A stretch of 59,911 nt of DNA from Pseudomonadota bacterium (GTDB lineage Bacteria > Pseudomonadota > Alphaproteobacteria > Sphingomonadales > Sphingomonadaceae). The notes beneath the pieces are model-generated. The model was not told the DNA's origin and searched no databases. It saw only the letters and a program-made list of their open reading frames with translations. This document shows, one piece after another, positions 8,843 through 19,818 of this stretch. The stretch lies in the NCBI GenBank assembly GCA_023413015.1, contig JAEZQR010000221.1:1-59911 (forward strand), given 5' to 3'. The stretch's first letter is position 1; each line of letters opens with the position of its first letter. A program made the position numbers and the translations under genes.

Positions 8843-10027
8843 TCAGGCGCCCGGCAGGTCGAGCACGCGCTTGGCGATGATGTTGAGCTGCACCTCGCTG
8901 GTGCCGCCCTCGATCGAGTTTGCTCGACTGCGGAGCCAGCTGCGCGCCTGCGCGCCATTGCGACTCTCCTCGCCTTCCCACATCAGCCCGTCAGTGCCGC
9001 GGACCGACATGAACAGCTCCTGTCGGCGCTTGTTGAGCTCGGTGCCGTAATATTTGAGCATCGACGACAGCGCGCCGACGCCCTGGCCGGCCTTCGCCTC
9101 GTCCTTCACCCGTTCCATCGTTAGAAGGAAGGCAAGCCCGTCCATGTCGGTGCGCGCGATGTCGCCGCGCAGGATCGGATCAGCTAGACGCCCGTCGGCG
9201 TCCGAGCCAATCAGGCGCCCGGCGAGCTGGCCGAGCTGCGGCCCGCCGCCGCCCATGTCCATGCCGCCGATCATCTCGCGCTCGTGCGTGAGCAGATATT
9301 TGGCGATGTCCCAGCCGCGGTTGAGCTCGCCGACGATGTTGCCCTTGGGCACCTTCACATTATCGAAGAAGGTCTCGCAGAAGGGCGAGTAGCCGGAGAT
9401 GAGCTTGATCGGCTTGGTGCTGACGCCGGGCGAGGCCATGTCGAAGAGCAGGAAGCTGATGCCGTTGTGCTTGGTCGCGCTGAAATCCGTGCGGACGAGG
9501 CAGAAGATCCAGTCCGACTTGTCGGCGTAGCTCGTCCACACCTTCTGGCCGTTGACCAGCCAGTGGTCGCCCATGTCCTCGGCACGGGTCTTCAAGGATG
9601 CGAGGTCCGAGCCCGCGCCCGGCTCCGAATAGCCCTGGCACCAGCGGATCTCGCCGCGCGCGATCTTCGGCAGATGCTCGAGCTTCTGCTCGTGGCTGCC
9701 GTATTTGAGCAGTGCGGGTCCCAGCATCCAGATGCCGAAGCTCTGTACCGGCGGGCGTGCGCGGATAGCGCGCATCTCCTCGGCGAGGATCTTGGCCTCC
9801 TCCTTCGAAAGGCCGCCACCGCCATATTCCCTGGGCCAGGTCGGCACCGTCCAGCCCTTGGACGCCATCGCGTCGAGCCAGCGCTTCTGCGGCTCGGTCC
9901 ACTTGAAGTTGCGGCCGCCCCATGGCGCGTCGTCCTCGGATTCGAACGGCCGGCGCATTTCGGGCGGGCAGTTCGCCTCCAGGAACTCGCGGACTTCGGC
10001 GCGGAACGCATCGAGCGATTCGGTCAT
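8843..10027 (-). CDS. Acyl-CoA dehydrogenase family protein
   Basis: WCQGYSEPGAGSDLASL, NGQKVWTS, SIEGGTSEVQ. Confidence 0.92.
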   Translation of the reverse strand: MTESLDAFRAEVREFLEANCPPEMRRPFESEDDAPWGGRNFKWTEPQKRWLDAMASKGWTVPTWPREYGGGGLSKEEAKILAEEMRAIRARPPVQSFGIWMLGPALLKYGSHEQKLEHLPKIARGEIRWCQGYSEPGAGSDLASLKTRAEDMGDHWLVNGQKVWTSYADKSDWIFCLVRTDFSATKHNGISFLLFDMASPGVSTKPIKLISGYSPFCETFFDNVKVPKGNIVGELNRGWDIAKYLLTHEREMIGGMDMGGGGPQLGQLAGRLIGSDADGRLADPILRGDIARTDMDGLAFLLTMERVKDEAKAGQGVGALSSMLKYYGTELNKRRQELFMSVRGTDGLMWEGEESRNGAQARSWLRSRANSIEGGTSEVQLNIIAKRVLDLPGA

Positions 10028-10102
10028 CGCCCCATCTCCCCACTAGCTTTGTGATTGGCCCCGACTATGGTGCCCCCCAAAGGGCGGGCAAAGGGGAAAA
10101 AG

Positions 10103-10966
10103 GTGGACCCTATCAACTTCGCGCAGACGGCGATCCAGTTCCAGGACCTCGGGCTCGATCCGATCATCTTCCAGATCGGCCCATTCGCGCTGCGCTGGTA
10201 CAGCCTCGCCTATATCGGCGGCATCCTCGTTGCCTGGTGGTACATCCTGCGGATGCTGAAGCGCCCCGGCGCGCCGATGGCAGCGCGCCACATCGACAGC
10301 TTCGTCACCTGGATCACGCTCGGCATCATCCTCGGCGGGCGGCTGGGCTATGTCCTCTTCTACGACCTCGACAAATATCTCGCGAACCCGCTCGACGCGC
10401 TGAAGCTGTGGGAGGGCGGCATGAGCTTCCACGGCGGGCTGATCGGCGTGATCGTGGCGATCTGGGGCTTCGTCCGCACGCACAAGCTCAGCTTCCTGCG
10501 CTTCGCCGACTATGTCGCGGTCACCATCCCCTTCGGCCTGTGCTTCGGGCGGATCGCCAACTTCATCAACGGCGAGCTGTGGGGCCGACCGACCGACGTG
10601 CCCTGGGCGATCGTCTTCCCCGGCGGCGGCCCCTATGCGCGTCACCCGAGCCAGCTCTACGAAGCCTTCCTCGAAGGCCCGGTGCTGTTCGCGATCCTCT
10701 GGTTCCTGTTCTGGAAGACCGATGCGCGCTACCAGCCCGGCAAGCTCGCCGGCGCCTTCGGAGTCGGCTACGGCAGCTTCCGCTTCATCGTCGAGTTCTT
10801 CCGCGAGCCCGACGCGCAGCTGACCGAGTTCGCCGCCCGCACCGGCCTCCACATGGGCCAGTGGCTCAGCCTGCCGCTGATCCTCATTGGCCTCTATCTC
10901 ATCCTCACATCCAAGCGCCGCCGCGAGCGCGTCGAGCCGATCGCGGGGCCGGCCGCACAGCAGTGA
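10103..10966 (+). CDS. lgt: Prolipoprotein diacylglyceryl transferase
   Basis: [51 protein letters not shown] start at 10103 chosen after a purine-rich RBS. Confidence 0.95.
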   Translation: MDPINFAQTAIQFQDLGLDPIIFQIGPFALRWYSLAYIGGILVAWWYILRMLKRPGAPMAARHIDSFVTWITLGIILGGRLGYVLFYDLDKYLANPLDALKLWEGGMSFHGGLIGVIVAIWGFVRTHKLSFLRFADYVAVTIPFGLCFGRIANFINGELWGRPTDVPWAIVFPGGGPYARHPSQLYEAFLEGPVLFAILWFLFWKTDARYQPGKLAGAFGVGYGSFRFIVEFFREPDAQLTEFAARTGLHMGQWLSLPLILIGLYLILTSKRRRERVEPIAGPAAQQ

Positions 10967-12009
10967 CCCCGCTCCGCGAGCGCCTCGCACGCGAGATCGC
11001 GGCGACCGGTCCGATCCCGGTCAGCCGCTACATGGCCGAGTGCCTCGTGCATTATTACGCCACGCGCGACCCGCTCGGCCGTGTCGGCGACTTCACGACG
11101 GCCCCCGAGATCAGCCAGGTGTTCGGCGAGCTGATCGGCCTCTGGCTCGCCGACCTGTGGCTGCGCGCCGGGGCGCCGGACGCCTTCCGGCTGGCCGAGA
11201 TCGGCCCCGGCCGCGGCACGCTGATGGCCGACCTGTGGCGCGCGACCGCGCGCGTGCCCGGCTTCCATGCCGCCGCGCGCGTCCACCTCGTCGAGACCAG
11301 CCCGGCGCTCCGCGCCGAGCAGGCCAAGCGCGTGCCGCACGCCGACTGGCACGACCGTCTGGACGACGTCCCCGGCGACGTGCCCCTCCTCCTCGTTGCC
11401 AACGAATTCTTCGACGCGCTTCCCATCCGCCAGCTGGTGCGCACCGAGACCGGCTGGCGCGAGCGCATGGTCGGCCATGCCGAGGGCCGCTTCTTCGCCT
11501 GCGCCGGCCCGACCGCGCTCGACATTCTTGTGCCGCCTCAGTTCGCGAACGCGCCGGTCGGCTCGATCTACGAGCTTGCGCCGGCCGGCACCGCCATCGC
11601 CGCCGAGATCGGCGCGCGGCTTGCGAGCCAGGGCGGCGCGGCGCTGGTCATCGACTATGGCCATGCCGGCCCCGCGCTCGGCGACACGCTGCAGGCGGTG
11701 AAGGCACACGCTTTCGCCGATCCCTTCGCCGATCCGGGCGAGGCCGATCTCACTGCGCACGTCGACTTCACGACGCTCGCCCGTGCGGCTGCCCCCGCCG
11801 TCGCATATGGACCGGTGACCCAGGGTGCGCTGCTCACGGCGCTCGGCATCGCGCAGCGCACGGCGGCGCTCGCCGCGCGGGCGACGCCGGCCCAGGCCGA
11901 ACTGCTGCGCTCCGGCACCGACCGCCTCGTCCGCGACGATGCGATGGGTTCCCTGTTCAAGGCCTTGGCGCTAACCGGTCCGATATGGCCGAAGCCGGCA
12001 GGATTTTGA
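10963..12009 (+). CDS. Class I SAM-dependent methyltransferase, MidA/NDUFAF7 family
   Basis: [47 protein letters not shown] start overlaps the lgt stop (GTGA). Confidence 0.9.
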   Translation: MTPLRERLAREIAATGPIPVSRYMAECLVHYYATRDPLGRVGDFTTAPEISQVFGELIGLWLADLWLRAGAPDAFRLAEIGPGRGTLMADLWRATARVPGFHAAARVHLVETSPALRAEQAKRVPHADWHDRLDDVPGDVPLLLVANEFFDALPIRQLVRTETGWRERMVGHAEGRFFACAGPTALDILVPPQFANAPVGSIYELAPAGTAIAAEIGARLASQGGAALVIDYGHAGPALGDTLQAVKAHAFADPFADPGEADLTAHVDFTTLARAAAPAVAYGPVTQGALLTALGIAQRTAALAARATPAQAELLRSGTDRLVRDDAMGSLFKALALTGPIWPKPAGF

Positions 12010-12548
12010 TGACCGAGATCAGCTACCGTACCCCGACGCTTGCCGATGCGGACGCGCTCTGCGTGCTCGCACGCGACACCTTCATCGAGACCTTCGGCCA
12101 TCTCTATTCGGACGCCGACCTCAACGCCTTCCTCGATAAGACCTTCGGCCCCACCGGCCTGCCGGTCGAGATGGCCGATCCGGCCTTCGCCTTGCGGATC
12201 GCCGAAGCGGATGGCGCGATGGTCGGCTACTGCAAGGTCGGGCCGCTGTACCTCGACGTCGACGCCACCGGCCGCCGCGCGCTCGAGCTGCGCCAGCTCT
12301 ATGTCCGCCGCAGCCACCATGGCGCCGGCATCGCGCCGACGCTGATGGCCTGGGCGCTCGCCGAGATGCGCCGCCGCGGGGCCGAGGACGTCTATCTGTC
12401 GGTGTGGAGCGAGAACGAGCGCGCCAAGCGCTTCTATGCGCGCTATGGCTTCGTCGAGGTCGGCCGCACCCTGTTCATGGTCGGGGACCAGGCCGACGAC
12501 GACCGTATCTGGAAGCTGACGTTCGCACCGGAGACCGCAGCCGCATGA
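12009..12548 (+). CDS. GNAT family N-acetyltransferase
   Basis: ELRQLYV..HHGAGIA..L, LSVWSENERAKRFYARYGF; TGATG coupling to the upstream gene. Confidence 0.88.
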   Translation: MTEISYRTPTLADADALCVLARDTFIETFGHLYSDADLNAFLDKTFGPTGLPVEMADPAFALRIAEADGAMVGYCKVGPLYLDVDATGRRALELRQLYVRRSHHGAGIAPTLMAWALAEMRRRGAEDVYLSVWSENERAKRFYARYGFVEVGRTLFMVGDQADDDRIWKLTFAPETAAA

Positions 12549-13303
12549 CGATCGATATCACCCGCGCCGCCGCGCTCTCGGCCGTGCCGCACGGCTTCCT
12601 TGGCCGCAGCGGCGGCGCCTCGATCGGCCTCTTCGCCAGCCTTAACGTCGGCCTCGGCTCCTCCGACGACAAGCAGGCGGTGCGCGAGAACCGCCGCCGC
12701 GCCGTCGAGGCGATCGGCTGCGACCTGACGCTCGCCACCGTGCATCAGGTTCATAGCCCACAAGTTGTCGAGGCCGATGCCTGGCCCGACGACGCCCGCC
12801 CGCAGGCCGATGCGCTGGTGACCAACCGCCTCGGCTTGGCGCTCGGCATCCTTACCGCCGACTGTGCGCCCGTTCTGTTCGCCGATGCGGAAGCCGGCGT
12901 CATCGGCGCCGCGCACGCCGGCTGGAAAGGCGCGCTCGGCGGCGTTCTCGCCAATACGGTCGCGGCGATGGAGACGCTCGGCGCCCGCCGCGAGCGCATC
13001 GCCGCCGCGATCGGCCCCTGCATCGCGCGCCGCTCCTACGAGGTCGACGACGGCTTCCTCGAGCGCTTCGTCGCGCAGGACGAGGAATATCATCACTTCT
13101 TCACCCCCGGCCGCGAGGGGCATCATCTGTTCGACCTCGAAGGCTTCGTCGCCCGCCGTCTCGCCGACGCCGGCGTCGCCGTGATCGAGGCGCTGGGCCA
13201 GGACACCTACGCCCAGCCCGACCGCTACTTCAGCTATCGCCGCACGACGCACGCCGACGAGCCCGACTACGGCCGCCAGATCTCGCTGATCGCGCTGCCC
13301 TAG
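12545..13303 (+). CDS. pgeF: Peptidoglycan editing factor PgeF / YfiH family protein
   Basis: [39 protein letters not shown] overlap. Confidence 0.92.
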   Translation: MTIDITRAAALSAVPHGFLGRSGGASIGLFASLNVGLGSSDDKQAVRENRRRAVEAIGCDLTLATVHQVHSPQVVEADAWPDDARPQADALVTNRLGLALGILTADCAPVLFADAEAGVIGAAHAGWKGALGGVLANTVAAMETLGARRERIAAAIGPCIARRSYEVDDGFLERFVAQDEEYHHFFTPGREGHHLFDLEGFVARRLADAGVAVIEALGQDTYAQPDRYFSYRRTTHADEPDYGRQISLIALP

Positions 13304-14628
13304 GGCAGGACGTCGCTGCGCCCTTCGATCTGGAGGCGGTCGCTCTCGGCCTCGGTGAGGTCGGCGCCTTTGCCGGCGAAGGCCGCGCGGAGCTGGTCGA
13401 GGTCGACGGCCTTCTCCCAGCGGGCGACGACGATCGTCGCCACGGCATTGCCGACGAAGTTGGTGAGCGCGCGGCACTCGCTCATGAAGCGGTCGACGCC
13501 GAGGATCAGCGCCATGCCGGCGACCGGCACGGCCGGGACGACCGACAGCGTCGCGGCGAGCACGATGAAGCCCGAGCCAGTCACGCCAGCTGCGCCCTTC
13601 GAGCTGAGGATCGCGACCGCCATCAGCAGCAACTGGTCGGCGAGCGAGAGGTCCGTGTTGGTCGCCTGCGCGATGAACAGCGCGGCCAATGACATGTAGA
13701 TGTTCGTGCCGTCGAGGTTGAACGAGTAGCCGGTCGGCACGACCAGGCCGACGATCGGCTTGGGGCAGCCGGCTCGCTCGAGCTTCTCCATCAGCAGCGG
13801 CATCGCGCTTTCGGACGACGAGGTGCCGAGGACGAGCAGCAGCTCGTCCTTGATGTAGCGCACGAGCCCGAACAGCGAGAAGCCGACGGCGCGCGCCACC
13901 AGCCCGAGCACGACGACCACGAACAGCAGCGCGGTGATGTAGAAGGTGGCGATCAGCTCGGCCAGGTTGGCGAGCGTGCCGATGCCATATTCGCCGATGG
14001 TGAACGCCATCGCGCCGAACGCGCCGATCGGCGCGGCGTACATCAGGATATGCACCATGCGGAACACGATCGCCGTCAGCGTGCGGAGCGTGCCGAGCAG
14101 CTTTTCGCCGCGGTCGCCGATCAACGCGAGCGCAACCCCGAACAGGATGGCGACGAACAGCACCTGCAGGATCTCGCCCGAGGTGAAGGCGCTGAACGCC
14201 GTGTCGGGGATGATGTGGAGCACGAACTCGGTGACCGTCCGCTCCTTGGCGGCACTGACGTAGTTCGAGACGGCGCCGGTATCGAGCGTCGCCGGATCGA
14301 CGTTCAGCCCCTTGCCCGGCTGCGCCAGGTTGCCGACGACGAGGCCGACCGCGAGCGCCAGCGTCGAGAAGGTCAGGAAATAGGCCATAGCCTTGGCACC
14401 GACGCGGCCGAAGGCCTTGAGGTCCGCCATGCCGGCGATGCCGGTGACGACGGTCAGGAAGATGACCGGCGTGATGATCATCTTGACCAGCTTGATGAAG
14501 CCGTCGCCCAGCGGCTTCAGCGAGGTGCCGAACGCGGGGAACAGCCAGCCGACGAGCACGCCGAGCCCGATGCCGACGAGGACCTGGAAATAGAGCGTCC
14601 GCCAGAACGGCCTTTTCGATTCTGCCAC
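13300..14628 (-). CDS. dctA: C4-dicarboxylate:H+ symporter
   Basis: [43 protein letters not shown]. Confidence 0.93.
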   Translation of the reverse strand: MAESKRPFWRTLYFQVLVGIGLGVLVGWLFPAFGTSLKPLGDGFIKLVKMIITPVIFLTVVTGIAGMADLKAFGRVGAKAMAYFLTFSTLALAVGLVVGNLAQPGKGLNVDPATLDTGAVSNYVSAAKERTVTEFVLHIIPDTAFSAFTSGEILQVLFVAILFGVALALIGDRGEKLLGTLRTLTAIVFRMVHILMYAAPIGAFGAMAFTIGEYGIGTLANLAELIATFYITALLFVVVVLGLVARAVGFSLFGLVRYIKDELLLVLGTSSSESAMPLLMEKLERAGCPKPIVGLVVPTGYSFNLDGTNIYMSLAALFIAQATNTDLSLADQLLLMAVAILSSKGAAGVTGSGFIVLAATLSVVPAVPVAGMALILGVDRFMSECRALTNFVGNAVATIVVARWEKAVDLDQLRAAFAGKGADLTEAESDRLQIEGRSDVLP

Positions 14629-14768
14629 CCGCCCCCCGCGAGAATATGGTTCGAGGCCGATGCTTACCCGATGCCTGTCATCCGGACCAGCACCGTCGAT
14701 CGGACAGGTTTGACTCCCCGGCGTCGGCCGCTCATGTTCCGGCGCGCTGCATCATCGGAGCCGTAACC

Positions 14769-15386
14769 ATGCGCCACGCTTTCGTTGCCCTCGCCTTTGC
14801 CACCTTGGCCGCGCCGCTGGCGGCGCAGAACCCGCCGGCCCAGGCGCCGGGCGCTCCCGATCCCGCCCGCGTGAAGGCCGGCAGCTACACCGTCGACGGC
14901 GCCCACACGCAGGTGGTCTGGACGGTGAACCACTTCGGCATCAACGCCTACAACGGCATCTTCGGCGACGTCTCGGGCACGCTGACGCTCGATCCGGCGC
15001 GCCCCGCGGCGTCGAAGCTTTCGGTGACGATCCCGATCGCGAAGGTCGCGACGACGAGCGAGGGGCTGAACAAGCATCTGATGACCGGCGACTTCTTCGA
15101 GGTCGAGAAATATCCCACCGCCACCTTCGTCTCGACCCGGATCGAGCCGCAGGGCACCCGCGCCAGGATCACGGGCAACCTGACGCTGCGCGGCGTGACC
15201 AAGCCGGTGACGCTCGATGCCCGCTTCATCGGCGCGGGCGACAATCCGATGAACAAGAAGGCGACAATCGGCTTCGAGGCGACGACTACGATCAACCGCT
15301 CCGATTTCGGCATCGCCTACGGGATTCCCATGGTGGCCGACCGCGTCGACCTGCGCATCACCGCCGCCTTCGAACGCCAGAGCTGA
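14769..15386 (+). CDS. YceI family periplasmic lipid/polyisoprenoid-binding protein
   Basis: Signal peptide; FFEVEKYPTATF, GNLTLRGVTKPV, INRSDFGI. Confidence 0.9.
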   Translation: MRHAFVALAFATLAAPLAAQNPPAQAPGAPDPARVKAGSYTVDGAHTQVVWTVNHFGINAYNGIFGDVSGTLTLDPARPAASKLSVTIPIAKVATTSEGLNKHLMTGDFFEVEKYPTATFVSTRIEPQGTRARITGNLTLRGVTKPVTLDARFIGAGDNPMNKKATIGFEATTTINRSDFGIAYGIPMVADRVDLRITAAFERQS

Positions 15387-15501
15387 GCCTCGGAGGGGGC
15401 GACGGCGTGCCGCCGATCGTCGCGGCCTGCTTCGGGTTGCGGCGGTCGCCCGGCGCCGCTAGGGAACCGGGCGGGGCGAGAGTTACAGCGGAGCGCGGGC
15501 A

Positions 15502-16437
15502 ATGAAGATCCTCACCGGCAATAGCAACCTGGCGCTGGCGCGCGATATCGCCGCCTATCTGGAGCTGCCGATCACCGAGGCCTCGGTCCGCCGCTTCGCC
15601 GACGAGGAAGTGTTCGTCGAGATCCACGAGAATGTGCGCGGCGAGGACGTGTTCGTCGTCCAGTCGACCTCGGCGCCGGCCAACGACAACCTCATGGAGC
15701 TGCTGATCTGCATCGACGCGCTGAAGCGCGCGTCGGCGCGGCGCATCACGGCGGTGGTCCCCTACTACGGCTACGCCCGCCAGGACCGTAAGCCCGGCCC
15801 GCGCACGCCGATCTCGGCCAAGCTCGTCGCCAACCTCATCGAGACCGCAGGCGCGAGCCGCGTGCTCTCGGTCGACCTGCATGCCGGCCAGATCCAGGGT
15901 TTCTTCGACATCCCGACCGACAATTTGTACGCGGCGCCGGTCATGGCGGCCGACATCCAGGCGCGCTTCCCGAACGACAATCTGATGGTCGTCTCGCCCG
16001 ACGTCGGCGGCGTGGTGCGCGCCCGCGCGCTCGCCAAGCGCCTCGGTAACGCCCCGCTCGCCATCGTCGACAAGCGCCGTGAGCGCGCCGGCGAGTCGGA
16101 GGTGATGAACATCATCGGCGACGTCTCGGGCCGCTTCTGCATCCTTCACGACGACATCGTCGATTCGGCCGGCACGCTGTGCAATGCCGCCGGCGCGCTG
16201 ATGCAGGCCGGCGCCGTCGGCGTCGTCGCCTACGTCACCCACGGCGTGCTGTCGGGGGGCGCGGTCGCCCGCGTCGAGGGCTCGGCGCTCACCGAACTCG
16301 TCGTCACCGACTCGATCATCGCGCCCGAAGCGGCGCAGGGCGCGAAGAAGATCCGCTTCCTGACCATCGCCCCGCTGCTCGGCGAAGCGATCCGCCGCAT
16401 CGCCGACGAAAGCTCGGTGTCGAGCCTGTTCGACTGA
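15502..16437 (+). CDS. prs: Ribose-phosphate pyrophosphokinase
   Basis: [38 protein letters not shown]. Confidence 0.96.
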   Translation: MKILTGNSNLALARDIAAYLELPITEASVRRFADEEVFVEIHENVRGEDVFVVQSTSAPANDNLMELLICIDALKRASARRITAVVPYYGYARQDRKPGPRTPISAKLVANLIETAGASRVLSVDLHAGQIQGFFDIPTDNLYAAPVMAADIQARFPNDNLMVVSPDVGGVVRARALAKRLGNAPLAIVDKRRERAGESEVMNIIGDVSGRFCILHDDIVDSAGTLCNAAGALMQAGAVGVVAYVTHGVLSGGAVARVEGSALTELVVTDSIIAPEAAQGAKKIRFLTIAPLLGEAIRRIADESSVSSLFD

Positions 16438-16535
16438 TCGGGTAGCCGACCCCGGTATTCACCGGTTTGCCATAAAACCAGATTCCAGGCAGTCTCCCTG
16501 TCGGCGCCGCATCGCGCCGAACAGGGGGATTTTCC

Positions 16536-17132
16536 ATGATCAGGTTGCATTGCGCACCTGCCGCCGGCGCGTTCCTTCTCGCAGTGGCATCACCGGCGCT
16601 CGCTCAGACGGCCGCGCCCCTCGTAGCCAGCGCGCCGGAGGCCAACGTCCTGCGTACCGGCACCGCCGTCCCGCTCCGGATGAACGAGGAGCTCACCACC
16701 AAGGGCAAGAAGCTGCGCGTCGGCCAGCGCTTCCGCATGGAGGTCGCCGAGGCCGTCTCGCTCAACGGGCAGGTGGTGGTCCCGGCCGGCACACCGGCGA
16801 CCGGGGAGGTCATCGAGGTTCGCAACAAGGGCATGTGGGGCAAGTCGGGCAAGATCACCGCACGCCCGCTCTATCTTCAGGCGAACGGCCGCCAGATCCG
16901 GCTGACGGGCACGGTCGACGACAAGGGCAAGACCGGCACTGCCGGCGTCGTGGCCGCCGTCGCCGTCCTGCCGGTCGCCGGCTTCTTCACCACGGGCACC
17001 AGTGCCGTCATCCCGATCGGCACGACGGTCACGGCGTTCCTCGACGAGGACGTGCCGGTGGCATTCGCGCCGGCCGCCGCACCTGCGCCGATGGTGGTGC
17101 CGGTCGCGGCGCCGACTTCAACCGGTCAGTAA
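16536..17132 (+). CDS. Secreted hypothetical protein with a VirB10/TrbI-like beta-rich domain
   Basis: Signal peptide ending ALA-Q; GT.VPLR..EEL, G..VVPAGT...GEV, GKSG pattern; AGGGGGA RBS. Confidence 0.7.
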   Translation: MIRLHCAPAAGAFLLAVASPALAQTAAPLVASAPEANVLRTGTAVPLRMNEELTTKGKKLRVGQRFRMEVAEAVSLNGQVVVPAGTPATGEVIEVRNKGMWGKSGKITARPLYLQANGRQIRLTGTVDDKGKTGTAGVVAAVAVLPVAGFFTTGTSAVIPIGTTVTAFLDEDVPVAFAPAAAPAPMVVPVAAPTSTGQ

Positions 17133-17139
17133 GCGACTG

Positions 17140-17161
17140 CAGGGGGTGCTCGCACCCCCTG
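17140..17161. terminator. Hairpin between convergent genes, probable bidirectional terminator
   Basis: CAGGGGGTG-CTCG-CACCCCCTG perfect stem; no clear U-tract. Confidence 0.6.
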
Positions 17162-17165
17162 AACC

Positions 17166-19658
17166 TCATTCGTAGCGTAAGGCGTGCACCGGGTTGGTGC
17201 GCGCCACGCGCAACGCATGGCCCGACACCGTGCCGATCGCGATGACGAACGCGATCAGGCCGGCGAGCACGAACGGTCCGGGCCCGAGGTCGATGCGCAG
17301 GTCGAAGCCGTTGAGCCAATCGCGCATGATCCACCAGGCGATCGGCCAGGCGACCAGGTTGGCGATCATCACCGGCCGCGAGAACTGCCAGGCCAGCAGC
17401 CGCACGATATCGGACACGCTGGCGCCGAACACCTTGCGGATGCCGACCTCCTTCGTCCGGCGCTCGGCGGTGAAGGCGGCGAGCCCGAATAGCCCGAGGC
17501 AGGCGATGACCACGGCGAGCCCGGCGAACGCGGCAAAGCTGATCCCGCGCGCCTGATCGGTCTGGTACAGCTCGGCGAGCTGCGCATCGGCATAATCGGC
17601 TTCGTAAGGCACATCGGGTGCCAGCCGCCGCCACACATTGCCGACAGCGGTCCGCACGGCCTCTGGATCGGGCGAGTCGTAGCGAACGATCAGCGCTCCG
17701 TAGATGCCCATATCGTGGAAGATCATCGGCTCTGGCGGCTCGCGCAGCGAGCGGAAGCGCGAGTCCTCGACGACGCCGACGATCGTCACCGGCAGCAGGC
17801 CAAACTCGTCCGGCAGCTGGTTAACCCGGAAGGTCTTGCCGATCGCCTGCGCCGGATCGGCGAAGCCCAGTTGCTTGGCCGCCAAGCGATTGACGACGAC
17901 GTTGGCACCGCGCGTCGCCAGCTGGCGATACATGGCATCCGCCGCCGGGCCGGACTCGAACGTGTAAGGAATTCGATCCTTGGCATAGGCGTGCGACAGC
18001 GTGCGGCCGGCGAGACGTTTCACGCCCAATGTCGAGAAGAATTCGGGCGACACGCTGTACCAGCCGATCGTCATCGGCTTGGCGCGGCCTGGAACCTGAA
18101 CGTTGATAGTGAGATCAGTGCCGCTGGCAACGTAGATGCCGCCGACCGCCGCATCGCGTACGCCCGGCAGGCGCTTCACTTCACGCACCAGCGTTTCGGT
18201 TACCGGCAGCATGGCGCTGCGGTTGAGATTGCCGACCTGCAGCAGCCCTTCGCGCCGGTACCCGGCGTCAGTGGTCTGCACGAAGCGGGTCTGCGCATAG
18301 ATGACAAGCGTGCAGACGATGAGGCCGATTGAAACCGCGAACTGCGCGACGACCAGCAGGCTGCGCAGGCGTCCTGTACCGGCGGGCTCAGCGGACGATC
18401 GGTTGGCCTTGAGCACGGCACCGGGCTGGTAGCGTGATAGATAGAGGGCCGGATAAAGACCGCCGGCCACGCCGACCACCAGCCACAGCAGCAGCACCGG
18501 CCCGAGCACGCCGTTTGTGCCCAAGTAATCAAGCTGGAGATCCGCGTTCAGGAAATGGGACAGCCTCGGCAGCATCAGCTCAGCCAGTGCCATAGCGATC
18601 AGCAGCCCGACACCCGTCAGCAGCAACGACTCGCCGAGGAACTGCACCACGAGCTGGCCTCGGTTGGCGCCGAGCACCTTGCGGAGTGCCACCTCGCGGG
18701 CGCGCTGGCCCGCACGCGCCGTCGCCAAGTTGACGAAGTTCGCAGACGCGATGCCGAGGATCAGCAGCGCGATCACCGCGAAGGTGGTGACGGTGCCGAC
18801 GTCACTGCCGGGTTTCTCATCGGAACCTTCGGCGCCGCTCAGATGCACGTCGCGGACATTGACGAGCCGCCAGTCGAAGTTGTCGCCCTCGCTGACCTTG
18901 GCGCCGCCGACGTCGATGGGCGGGATGTTGCGCTTCTCCCACGCCGGCAGTCCGCGCTCGATCTCGGCCGGCGAGGCGCCGGGCCGCAGCTTGAGGTAGA
19001 CATAGCCGTTGACGCAGCCCCAGCTGCAGTCGGCCGCCTCCTGCGGGCTGATCCGGGCGACGTTCCTGAAGCTCATGTGGCTGTTCTTCGGCAGGTCCTC
19101 GAACACGCCGGTCACGCGTAGCTCTCGCTTCTCGCCCCGGCTGATCCGGGTGACCGGGCGGCCGAGTACGTCGATCGTGCCGAACTGCTTCACCGCCTCG
19201 GTGCGGCTCATGACGAGGCCGTCGGCACCATCTAGTGCGGTATGTGGGTCGCCGCGCAGGAACGGAACTTCCAGAATCCGGAAGAACGGCTCGTCCGCGA
19301 GCAGTACGTTCGCGAACGCCGGCTCGCCGTCGCGGCGGAGGAAAACAAGCTGCTCGTCATCGGCCCGCGCGATCGCCTCGATCTGCGGGAAGTCCTTGGC
19401 AAGCGGTTGAGCGACCGCGCCGTGTGTGCCCTGCTGGGTCGTCACATAGCCGGTTTCGGGATCGGTGTAGATCGACTGCACCTGATAGACGCGGTCCGCG
19501 TCCTTCAGCCAGGCATCATAGGAGGTCTCGTAACGCACGTAGAGCAGCAGCACGATGCTTGCGGCCAGTCCCAAAGCAAGGCCCGCGATGTTGATGAAGC
19601 TGTACATGCGATTCTTGGCGAGCGCGCGCAGCGTCACCGTCAGATAGTTGCGCCACAT
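17166..19658 (-). CDS. ABC transporter permease, duplicated MacB-PCD/FtsX type
   Basis: MWRNYL start after a GGAGG RBS; NFVNLATARAGQRAREVALRKVLGA and ERRTKEVGIRKVFGA; ends NPVHALRYE. Confidence 0.9.
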   Translation of the reverse strand: MWRNYLTVTLRALAKNRMYSFINIAGLALGLAASIVLLLYVRYETSYDAWLKDADRVYQVQSIYTDPETGYVTTQQGTHGAVAQPLAKDFPQIEAIARADDEQLVFLRRDGEPAFANVLLADEPFFRILEVPFLRGDPHTALDGADGLVMSRTEAVKQFGTIDVLGRPVTRISRGEKRELRVTGVFEDLPKNSHMSFRNVARISPQEAADCSWGCVNGYVYLKLRPGASPAEIERGLPAWEKRNIPPIDVGGAKVSEGDNFDWRLVNVRDVHLSGAEGSDEKPGSDVGTVTTFAVIALLILGIASANFVNLATARAGQRAREVALRKVLGANRGQLVVQFLGESLLLTGVGLLIAMALAELMLPRLSHFLNADLQLDYLGTNGVLGPVLLLWLVVGVAGGLYPALYLSRYQPGAVLKANRSSAEPAGTGRLRSLLVVAQFAVSIGLIVCTLVIYAQTRFVQTTDAGYRREGLLQVGNLNRSAMLPVTETLVREVKRLPGVRDAAVGGIYVASGTDLTINVQVPGRAKPMTIGWYSVSPEFFSTLGVKRLAGRTLSHAYAKDRIPYTFESGPAADAMYRQLATRGANVVVNRLAAKQLGFADPAQAIGKTFRVNQLPDEFGLLPVTIVGVVEDSRFRSLREPPEPMIFHDMGIYGALIVRYDSPDPEAVRTAVGNVWRRLAPDVPYEADYADAQLAELYQTDQARGISFAAFAGLAVVIACLGLFGLAAFTAERRTKEVGIRKVFGASVSDIVRLLAWQFSRPVMIANLVAWPIAWWIMRDWLNGFDLRIDLGPGPFVLAGLIAFVIAIGTVSGHALRVARTNPVHALRYE

Positions 19659-19696
19659 GATCCGGCCTCCTCCCGCAGTTCGAGCGGAGAGAGTCA

Positions 19697-19712
19697 TGCA
19701 ACTCGCGCGCCA
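19697..19712 (-). promoter_or_regulatory. sigma54 (-24/-12) promoter of the ABC permease
   Basis: Minus strand TGGCGC-GCGAG-TTGCA versus consensus TGGCAC-N5-TTGC(A/T); adjacent IHF-like TCTCAA-N4-TTA (19718-19730). Confidence 0.75.
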
Positions 19713-19759
19713 GCGCCTAACTCATTGAGAAATATGAAGGCACGTGGCGGCGGCGGTGA

Positions 19760-19803
19760 CCGACTGTCCGCAACCGCACATCCGACTGTCCGCTCGCGCA
19801 CAT
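19760..19803. promoter_or_regulatory. Tandem 22-bp repeat carrying TGTCCG-N4-CGCACA, putative enhancer-binding-protein sites
   Basis: CCGACTGTCCGCAACCGCACAT then CCGACTGTCCGCTCGCGCACAT. Confidence 0.7.
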
Positions 19804-19818
19804 CGACTGGTAGCCGCC

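Noticed and set aside
9922..10962. N-terminal extensions of MidA (and likewise of radA 35179, aroB 57599, HD protein 6684, aldolase 55312)
   Set aside because: They overlap other real genes or regulatory sites; internal starts with RBS, coupling or family-typical N-termini fit better.
19760..19809. Tandem 22-bp repeat as a mini-CRISPR (also the 16-bp tandem at 2026-2057)
   Set aside because: Only two adjacent units, no spacers and no cas genes; the positions fit protein-binding sites.
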